Of a stretch of 25,124 bases of DNA, positions 17,981-25,124 are shown piece after piece (the first letter of the stretch is position 1; the number at the start of each line of letters is the position of its first letter). The notes beneath the pieces are model-generated. The model worked only from the letters and a program-made list of their open reading frames with translations. It was not told the DNA's origin and did no database searches. Both the position numbers and the translations under genes were made by a program. The stretch is from positions 1 to 25,124 of the forward strand of contig JAPNQO010000112.1 in NCBI GenBank assembly GCA_027251445.1, written 5' to 3'. Source of the stretch: Fidelibacterota bacterium (GTDB lineage Bacteria; Fidelibacterota; Marinisomatia; Marinisomatales; TCS55).

Positions 17981-18604
17981 TTATTTTAATCTAAAGTTTA
18001 CAGGGATTGATATCCACACTCCAACAGCTCTTTCCCTTTGCTTTGCTGGGCGAAAACGAGTTTTCTTAATTGCAGTTACCGCTGCTTCATCTAATCCAGT
18101 ATTAGGAATACCTTTTAAAACAAGAGTATCTTTAACACGACCCTTTTTATCAACAAAGACTTGAACAACTACGGTTCCCTCAATTCCTGCTTCTTGGGCA
18201 ATTTCAGGGTATACTGGCCTAATCGATGATAAGGGTTGTGGCGGATCATCATATGGAATAAATTTTACTCGTGGACCTTCAGGCGGGGGAGGCGGAGCAT
18301 CCCATGCTTCAAAACTATCTAAATCAGTTTCTTCAATAGTTAAGTCATCTGCAATATCTTCATCTTCTGATTCAACCGGGACAGATGGCCTTGCTGGCGG
18401 CGGCGGTTTTTCTATCTGTTGTGTTTGAGGAATATTTTCTATTATGATCTCTTGAAGCTCAACATCTTCGAGCGCTATTAACCCTAAGTATCTAGGATAA
18501 ATCAAAAAGATTAATATTAAAAGTATTATACTGAATAGAGTGGATAGACGTATAATTACCGGATATTTAAATTTTAATGATAGTGCAGATATTTGGCTAG
18601 ACAT
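17981..18604 (-). CDS. tonB: Energy transducer TonB
   Basis: N-terminal TM, Pro-rich linker (KPPPPARP, APPPPP), YPEIAQEAGIEGTVVVQVFVDKKG...LDEAAV...FRPA...IPVNFRL. Confidence 0.93.
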   Translation of the reverse strand: MSSQISALSLKFKYPVIIRLSTLFSIILLILIFLIYPRYLGLIALEDVELQEIIIENIPQTQQIEKPPPPARPSVPVESEDEDIADDLTIEETDLDSFEAWDAPPPPPEGPRVKFIPYDDPPQPLSSIRPVYPEIAQEAGIEGTVVVQVFVDKKGRVKDTLVLKGIPNTGLDEAAVTAIKKTRFRPAKQRERAVGVWISIPVNFRLK

Positions 18605-18611
18605 TATTTAA

Positions 18612-19022
18612 TTACTCTATAGCTGTTTTAGAAGAATAGTTAAGCATTAGTGCATCAGCTTTACGTAATTCAGTATGAATATCAGATACTAAACCCATAC
18701 GAGCAGATTTATCAGCTTTTATTGAAATAGTTAATTGAGGATCAGCTGCGCGCTTAGCATACATGATATGTCTAATATTTTCTGATCGAACAAGTTTATC
18801 TTCTATGGAAATTTGACCCTGCTTTGATAGCCATATATGTGCAGTATGTCTTTTAGATTTTAGTTTTTGAATACGTTTTGCTTTAGGTAGTTCAACATCT
18901 AACCCCGAATATTCTCGTAAAACAGTAGTGACCATAAAAAATATTAAAAGCATAAAAATAATATCTGGCATTGATGCAGTTGGAATGTCGCTACTTATAT
19001 TAACTTTTCTATTCAACTTCAT
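18612..19022 (-). CDS. exbD: Biopolymer transporter ExbD (second copy)
   Basis: IPTASMPDIIFMLLIFFMVTT TM with Asp, VELP, ISIKADK. Confidence 0.93.
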   Translation of the reverse strand: MKLNRKVNISSDIPTASMPDIIFMLLIFFMVTTVLREYSGLDVELPKAKRIQKLKSKRHTAHIWLSKQGQISIEDKLVRSENIRHIMYAKRAADPQLTISIKADKSARMGLVSDIHTELRKADALMLNYSSKTAIE

Positions 19023-19417
19023 TATTCAGTATCCGCTATAGAGATTCGTGTTGCATTGGCTCGTTTTAATTGATCAATTAAGGAAACATAGTCACCATAT
19101 TTTGTTTTCTTATGAGCCTTAACTGATATAATTAACTTGTCATTTTCAGCTAGCCTTCTTCGTATTTCTTTATTTACATCTTTTAATGCGACAGGATCAC
19201 CACCTAACAGGACATTACCCTGAGAGTTAATAAGACAATTTAAAATATTTGTCTTTTTTATCTCTAATTCTTCTCCTTCAGCTGGTAGAACAATTCCCAA
19301 CCCTTTATCCATGTCAATGGTGGTTGTTACTAAAAAGAAAATTAACAGGAGAAATGCAATATCTGCCATAGATGATGTTGGGATCTCTCCACCCTTAAAT
19401 CTGCGTTTCTTATTCAA
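19022..19417 (-). CDS. exbD: Biopolymer transporter ExbD (first copy)
   Basis: IPTSSMADIAFLLLIFFLVTT, TKYGDYVSLIDQLK. TTG start, TAATG coupling to the next exbD. Confidence 0.93.
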   Translation of the reverse strand: MNKKRRFKGGEIPTSSMADIAFLLLIFFLVTTTIDMDKGLGIVLPAEGEELEIKKTNILNCLINSQGNVLLGGDPVALKDVNKEIRRRLAENDKLIISVKAHKKTKYGDYVSLIDQLKRANATRISIADTE

Positions 19418-19441
19418 TTTTTTATAAGACTCTAAATTGGA

Positions 19442-20047
19442 TTATTTAGATTCGTATAGTCTATCTAATATTTTAGCTGAGTATTCTTCCATTTCTAATA
19501 TTTGTTTATCAATCATTGAAACAAAAAAGTTTTGAAATATTTGAATAATCATAGCAACAATTAATCCGAAAGCAGTTGTTAAAAGAGCTTGTGAAATACC
19601 GCCTGCTACAACCGCTGGAGATATATCATTTGCTGCAGCAATCGCATCAAATGCGTTAACCATCCCTGCAACCGTACCGGTAAATCCAAGCATGGGGGCA
19701 ATAGTAATTACTGCATTTAACCAAATCATATTTTTTTCAAGAAATGACATTTCTAAAGATCCAGCATTTGATATAGCTTTTTCAGCTTCCTCTAGACCCC
19801 TATCAATTCGTGATAATCCAGCAACAAATATTTGAGCGACAGGTCCTTCTGTATTATTACATAGCTCAAGCGCGGGTTCAACGCCATTATTATTGAGAGT
19901 TTCTTCTACATCTTCAAAAAATTTAGGTGTATCTATTGACGATGAAAGAAGCGAATAAAACCTTTCACCAACGATTCCAAAACCTGCAAGAAGCAGTATT
20001 AATATTGGCCACATAAATGGACCACCATTAATAAAATATTCTACCAT
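19442..20047 (-). CDS. exbB: MotA/TolQ/ExbB proton channel (ExbB)
   Basis: GGPFMWPIL, IAPMLGFTGTVAGM..AF, VAGGISQALLTTAFGLIVA. GGAGG RBS on minus strand at 20057-20061. Confidence 0.94.
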   Translation of the reverse strand: MVEYFINGGPFMWPILILLLAGFGIVGERFYSLLSSSIDTPKFFEDVEETLNNNGVEPALELCNNTEGPVAQIFVAGLSRIDRGLEEAEKAISNAGSLEMSFLEKNMIWLNAVITIAPMLGFTGTVAGMVNAFDAIAAANDISPAVVAGGISQALLTTAFGLIVAMIIQIFQNFFVSMIDKQILEMEEYSAKILDRLYESK

Positions 20048-20245
20048 ATTATTAAACCTCCGTTAATATTATTTAATTTAATTTTTTACCTCTAAATATT
20101 GAAATTTTTCAATTCTAAATAAATAGTCGTGAATTTAATTGAATTTTTTTTGTATCCATAAGCTTTATAGAAAACTGATCAATGAGATAATATAGCTAAA
20201 ATTATTAATTTTACAAAAATTCAACTTTAATTCATTACTCCTAAA

Positions 20246-21859
20246 TCAATTTAAAGATAAAAACTCTTCTGCCTGTTCAAAATATTGCAGGGCTTCTATT
20301 ATTTGATTATCTTGCATTAGCCTAATGCTCCATTGCATATCTTTTCCCCATTTCGCCCCAGCAATTTCTGACTTCATCATATTTTTTATAAATAACGTAT
20401 CAATTGGCGATTCAGATGAGTCAGGTTTGATTTCCAACTCACTCAAATAATTTAAAAAATCCTTATAACTTGAATCATTAATTTCCCAAGATTCCTTGAA
20501 ACTTTGAAAGTTGTTCAATGAGTCACCATATTTTGAAACAAATTTTGTGCCCCAATTAAATAATGGCCTCTTTTGGCTGCCAATTATTTTTTGCGTACTT
20601 TTATTTATATTTAATTCATATGGTATATATTCATCAGGTGTTATGCCTCCACCACCATATACAATTCTGCCCGCTCTAGTTTTATATTTTGGCCGTAACT
20701 CCTTTAATGAATCAATTGTTGCTTCTCTATCCTTTTCATATAGCTCAGAATAATATTCACGACTATTACCATCTTCGAAAGGCCTCTGAATTAATCGACC
20801 GCTAGGAGTGAAATAACGCGCAATAGTTACCCTTATAGCTGACCCATCCCGTAACCCAAGCTGTCTTTGAACAAGGCCTTTCCCAAAACTTGTTTCACCT
20901 AATATTAATCCTCTATCAAGGTCTTGAACTGCGCCAGCAACAATTTCACTGGCGCTGGCAGATCCTCTATTCAGCAATATTATCAATGGGTAATCTGATC
21001 TTCCCTTATAAGGTTTTGACATAAATACTTCATTAGTATTGCTATGCTTGCCAATAGTATATACTAGAGTATCTCTTGTTGTAATAAACATATTTGCTAT
21101 TTCAGCTGCTTGTTCTAGAAAACCTCCGGTATTATTTCTTAAATCCAAAATCATACGCTTCATGCCTAAATCATCTAATTTATTTATAGCGTTTTTCATT
21201 TCTTCAGAAGATGTTGCAGTAAATCTAGTAAGCCATATATATCCAGTCTGTTCATCTAACATTAACGACGCACGCACACTATAAATTGGTATATCATCTC
21301 TAATAATTGTTACAGGGAAAGAGTCTTGACCTATTCTGGCAATTTTTAAGTCTACGCTTGTCCCCTTACGACCACGTAAAGTTTTCATCACTTCATTTTT
21401 AGTAATTCCATAAGCATCTTTATTATCTATTTCAATTATTTTATCACCAGGCTGAAGCCCAACTCTCTCTGAAGGACTATCAGCAACTGGAGCTATTACA
21501 GTGATATACCCATCTAATATGTCAAACTCTATACCAATACCCTGAAATTTCCCGCGAAAAATTTCATCTATTTCTTCCTGTTTTTTTGGTGGTATGTACA
21601 CTGAATGCGGATCAAGCTTTTCCATAAATCCATGAAAAGCACCATCCCAAATTTTTTCTATATCTACTTCATCGTAATAATACTCGTTAACATATTGTAT
21701 GATTTGATTAAAAATTCGAAACTTATTTTCTATAACACGATAAGTATCCTTTGTGGCAGAATAAAGGTTTCGAACAGAAGGAAAAGCAATGATTATAGCA
21801 ATAATAATTATTGTTGTAAGAAAAGAAAAATTTACTTGGGATTTATATGCTTTTTTCAT
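20246..21859 (-). CDS. ctpA: Carboxy-terminal processing protease, S41A family with PDZ domain
   Basis: N-terminal TM/signal, LDPHSVY, FQGIGI, GLQPGDKI, ILDLRNNTGG, SASASEIVAGAVQD (Ser), FGKGLVQ (Lys), ARYFTPSGRLIQ. Confidence 0.95.
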   Translation of the reverse strand: MKKAYKSQVNFSFLTTIIIIAIIIAFPSVRNLYSATKDTYRVIENKFRIFNQIIQYVNEYYYDEVDIEKIWDGAFHGFMEKLDPHSVYIPPKKQEEIDEIFRGKFQGIGIEFDILDGYITVIAPVADSPSERVGLQPGDKIIEIDNKDAYGITKNEVMKTLRGRKGTSVDLKIARIGQDSFPVTIIRDDIPIYSVRASLMLDEQTGYIWLTRFTATSSEEMKNAINKLDDLGMKRMILDLRNNTGGFLEQAAEIANMFITTRDTLVYTIGKHSNTNEVFMSKPYKGRSDYPLIILLNRGSASASEIVAGAVQDLDRGLILGETSFGKGLVQRQLGLRDGSAIRVTIARYFTPSGRLIQRPFEDGNSREYYSELYEKDREATIDSLKELRPKYKTRAGRIVYGGGGITPDEYIPYELNINKSTQKIIGSQKRPLFNWGTKFVSKYGDSLNNFQSFKESWEINDSSYKDFLNYLSELEIKPDSSESPIDTLFIKNMMKSEIAGAKWGKDMQWSIRLMQDNQIIEALQYFEQAEEFLSLN

Positions 21860-21885
21860 GATATGTTTAAATTGGTTTTACTTAA

Positions 21886-22797
21886 TTATAAACCGAAGTA
21901 TATCATCGTCCTAAATGATAGCGCAGATAAAGCTGATTTCGGTGAATCACTAATTTGAAAACGGTCATTTAGCTTCCATTGTCCAGCCTGAATTACACCC
22001 TTATTATACCCGATACTTATTCTCAAACCCACACGATCAGTTATTTGCCATTTAACAGCCATATATGGTTGAAAGTTAAAAAAAGTTCCACTCAAATTTG
22101 TCATACCAGTACTAATTGATATAGGTGGTAAATATGAATTTTGCAAATCTTGAATTTCTTGTTCGGTATTAACTTCATATATAAGCGTGTCATTAATTAC
22201 ACTTCCATAATTATTATTAAAACTTGAACCCCATCTTGGTGTTCCTGTGTTTTGATCAATTGAAATAACTGTCCTACCAAGTCCAAACATCGCTCCACTA
22301 GCAATTTCAAGATCCCTAAAAATTGGTACGACATACTCCAATGTTACTGCACTTATCATAAATGTGAATTTTGCTTCAACCGTAGGAACAAATATTCCAG
22401 TATAATCTTCAGTTATGTCTGCATTATATTGAGGGTTTCCACCTTGAGCTGGTGTAATAGTATCTTGAATTCCAGCCAAACCATTATTATCTATAGCAAG
22501 AGTAACGCTTAATGCATTGCTTATTCTAGAGGTGCCTATGCCAGCATATCCACCGAGCCTCCATCTGCCAGAAATTTGTGTAAAGCCTTCTCCACCGTGA
22601 ACAACAAAAGGATTATTAAAATCTTTAGGGTTGAGTCCAACCTTTTGGAGTTGATTAGCACCAGGGATTGAATCAAGCATCATATACATAGGGCTATATC
22701 CTATCCCTCCACCAAAATAATCTTCAACAGGGTAAAGATCACTTTGCGCACTGACTAATATGGGGAAAAAAATAATTAACGCTTTATATAGCTTCAT
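21886..22797 (-). CDS. Uncharacterised outer-membrane beta-barrel protein
   Basis: Start revised from TTG 22824 to ATG 22797, giving signal peptide MKLYKALIIFFPILVSA|Q. Amphipathic Gly/aromatic strands (WRLGGYAG, FNFQPYMAVKWQ, VGLRISIGY) and a terminal strand MIYFGL. Confidence 0.65.
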   Translation of the reverse strand: MKLYKALIIFFPILVSAQSDLYPVEDYFGGGIGYSPMYMMLDSIPGANQLQKVGLNPKDFNNPFVVHGGEGFTQISGRWRLGGYAGIGTSRISNALSVTLAIDNNGLAGIQDTITPAQGGNPQYNADITEDYTGIFVPTVEAKFTFMISAVTLEYVVPIFRDLEIASGAMFGLGRTVISIDQNTGTPRWGSSFNNNYGSVINDTLIYEVNTEQEIQDLQNSYLPPISISTGMTNLSGTFFNFQPYMAVKWQITDRVGLRISIGYNKGVIQAGQWKLNDRFQISDSPKSALSALSFRTMIYFGL

Positions 22798-23043
22798 TTT
22801 GTTTTCAGATTTCAATCGTAGCAAATTTTAACTTTTGGAAATTTATCCTTTACAATACCAATTCGGTAGCGAAATGTTTACAATAAAAAAAGAATATTTA
22901 TTTACATATTTACATGAAAATAACAAAAATCGACAAATTTGTATATGGTAATTAGATATTGTACCGTTGATATGATATTATTGTATATTCTACTATAGAA
23001 ATCAATGTACAATTGTTTTCGCACACAGCCTCGGAAGGCACTA

Positions 23044-25124
23044 ATGAATAATTTACGAGGGCTAAAAATATTTTTAGTCCTATCCCTATCAGTGCATCTT
23101 TACGGCAACACAATCAAGATTATTGGCACTTATGATCTTAATAAAAACAATCTCAATGAAATTCTAATATTAAAAGATGGTGGAATACAATATGTTGAGC
23201 TTGATGAAAATAGCATCCATCAAGAGTTGTGGTACTACCACCCTAATGGAATAAGATCTGCTTCTATAGTTGATGCCGTATTAGCAAATATAAATGAGGA
23301 TCCAAACCCTGAAATAATTGCAATAGTATCTTCTCCATCAATTATTTCAGACAAAAAAGTTCCATGGCTCGTGGCTTTCAAATGGACAGGTAAAAGATTT
23401 TCTTCTGTTCCTTTAGAGCTTTTTGAATTACCTGGTGAGAAAGATCATTTACGTCCTTCAAATATTAATTTTTCCCACGCAGATACATTAAATACATTCG
23501 CAGTTTCTTTTGGTAGCCCTTCTAGAAAAGCAGCGATTTTTAATTTAGTAGAAGATTTCGGAATTCTCTCTATAAATAATTCTAGAATCATTCAACCCGA
23601 AATATTAAAAAATGGTTATGGTAGAGTATATACAGCTTTGTTTGAAGCTAATAATAATGATATGGTAGCCATTTTAAGCCAAGAAAATAATATATTAAAA
23701 ACAGGGATTTTTTCTGCTAGAGATGGCACAGAACTTTTATCTGACTTACTTGTTTTAGAAGACAAGCAAAATCTATACGCACCAGATATATGGGTATATG
23801 ATATTACTTATAATGATGAAGAGGGAATATTGTTACCATTTGAGAACGATGAAGTCGTATTATTGTCTTATTTAAATAAAAAATTGTCATTAAAACAATC
23901 TGAATATTCAGGCCAAGGTTTATTTGGTGTTCCTGATACATCTTCATCAGCTGTAATAAATAATACAATTCTAAAAAGAATTGAATCAGGATTATATAAA
24001 ATACTTGATGAAGAAATATCTACTGAAGCCTCAATTGATCAATCTGCAATTGATTCACTTATAAGTAGTATTTCAAAAACAGATTCAATATTTGTTGGTG
24101 AGTCTATAAATATACCAGCTACGGTTGATTCTGCAGGTGGATTTTATAGTTTTCAGTGGTTAGTAAAACCTCCCGTTGGAACGTTATATAAACCTCGAAC
24201 TGGGAAAATTAATTGGATACCAACTAATAAACAAACTGGGGAAAATATTTTTGCTTATCTTTCTCAAGTTAGATTAGGTGAGAAGTTAATTAGTGTATCC
24301 ACTCCATTTGGGAAGCAACATCAAATAAAGCCAATACTATCTGACTCCTTATTCGCATTTAAATTGTTTGTAAAAGATACTTTATCTCCTATTACAAAAT
24401 ATGTACCAGATGAGTTCATAGTCCCTGTAAATAGAATAGCATCAATTACCCTAGTAACTAGAGATAGTACTATTTCTAGATATCATTTTGATGGAGAACA
24501 TTATTTTGAATTAGACGTAGGTTATGACTTGTTTAAGGATAGCTCTCCACCTGTGCTTACTACAAGCATAAAATCAAATCTATCCTTAATTAATAAATCA
24601 ATTAATTCAAAATTATCATTTATTCGTGAAAATATATTAGATAGTGTTTTTACTACAATATCTATGGAATATGATTTGTCTAATAACACATTAAATATTA
24701 CGACAACTAACGTATCTGACTCCATTCCGCAATCCTATAGCCCAGAGGACTGGAACCCTGATTGGTATCAATATCCAGATTATATTTTTAATGGCTTCCC
24801 GGAGAGCCTTCAAATGGATTCCATTAACAATAATTTAGAATTTAAAATGAAGAATAATTCAACAGTTCATCCCTATACTAATATTTCTGTAACTGTACCT
24901 TTAGGTGAAAATTCTTATACAAATGCTTTCTCATTTCCCAATGAAGTGTATGTGAAATCTATAGATGCTTCAATAAATGTAGATACTTTATCTGGTAAAT
25001 CAATAAATGTAGAATATGAATTCTATGGCAATGTATCAGTGAACTCTTTGGCGGGAATTTTTGATTTAAAAGATAGAATTAGATTTAACAAACAATTTTT
25101 AAAAACTAAAAAATTACTTAAGAG
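23044..25124 (+). CDS. Large secreted/surface protein with FG-GAP-like Ca-binding loops and a putative Ig domain (3'-truncated; absent from ORF track)
   Basis: Manual translation from ATG 23044 is stop-free to the window end (693 full codons). MNNLRGLKIFLVLSLSVHLYG signal, YDLNKNNLNEIL and ANINEDPNPEII loops, PPVGTLYKPRTGKINWIPTNKQTG Ig-like motif. GGAAGG RBS at 23033-23038. Confidence 0.85.
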   Translation, partial: MNNLRGLKIFLVLSLSVHLYGNTIKIIGTYDLNKNNLNEILILKDGGIQYVELDENSIHQELWYYHPNGIRSASIVDAVLANINEDPNPEIIAIVSSPSIISDKKVPWLVAFKWTGKRFSSVPLELFELPGEKDHLRPSNINFSHADTLNTFAVSFGSPSRKAAIFNLVEDFGILSINNSRIIQPEILKNGYGRVYTALFEANNNDMVAILSQENNILKTGIFSARDGTELLSDLLVLEDKQNLYAPDIWVYDITYNDEEGILLPFENDEVVLLSYLNKKLSLKQSEYSGQGLFGVPDTSSSAVINNTILKRIESGLYKILDEEISTEASIDQSAIDSLISSISKTDSIFVGESINIPATVDSAGGFYSFQWLVKPPVGTLYKPRTGKINWIPTNKQTGENIFAYLSQVRLGEKLISVSTPFGKQHQIKPILSDSLFAFKLFVKDTLSPITKYVPDEFIVPVNRIASITLVTRDSTISRYHFDGEHYFELDVGYDLFKDSSPPVLTTSIKSNLSLINKSINSKLSFIRENILDSVFTTISMEYDLSNNTLNITTTNVSDSIPQSYSPEDWNPDWYQYPDYIFNGFPESLQMDSINNNLEFKMKNNSTVHPYTNISVTVPLGENSYTNAFSFPNEVYVKSIDASINVDTLSGKSINVEYEFYGNVSVNSLAGIFDLKDRIRFNKQFLKTKKLLK

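Noticed and set aside
23028..23039. GCCT-CGGA-AGGC mini-hairpin over the RBS of the large ORF
   Set aside because: Only a 4-bp stem with no supporting riboswitch-like structure.
17638..24725. ORFs 17638-17832, 20511-20753, 21039-21284, 21605-21958, 24522-24725
   Set aside because: Nested in or antisense to sdhB, ctpA or the large 23044 ORF, with no independent evidence.
1..25124. CRISPR arrays, tRNA/rRNA, IS elements, replication origin
   Set aside because: Intergenic gaps are all under about 250 nt and show no spaced repeats, cloverleafs, transposase ORFs or clustered TTATCCACA boxes.

Overview
AT-rich bacterial chromosomal window with no rRNA, tRNA, CRISPR or mobile element that I can detect. 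The gene styles (three-subunit Sdh, paired ExbD, Gln at +1 after signal peptides) point to the FCB group, and Marinimicrobia/Marinisomatota is my guess, not a verified assignment. Left to right: a 5'-truncated aldehyde dehydrogenase, an aldo/keto reductase, then smr-phhA-TPR lipoprotein. Next is a 7-gene operon (4877-12386) with three envelope proteins followed by MotA/PomA, MotB/PomB, a truncated FliF-like ring protein and a divergent FliG, closed by a strong terminator. Then come a GCS2 gamma-glutamyl ligase with a peptidase C26 hydrolase, sdhCAB, a minus-strand OMP-ctpA-exbB-exbD-exbD-tonB block, and a large secreted protein running off the right end that the ORF track missed. The standout is the operon. 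It looks like a self-contained, probably Na+-driven stator plus rotor module, in which FliF lacks RBM1/2 and FliG lacks the FliM-binding motif. It is co-transcribed with coiled-coil/TPR/beta-barrel envelope proteins rather than rod, hook, export or chemotaxis genes, making it a candidate non-flagellar rotary machine.
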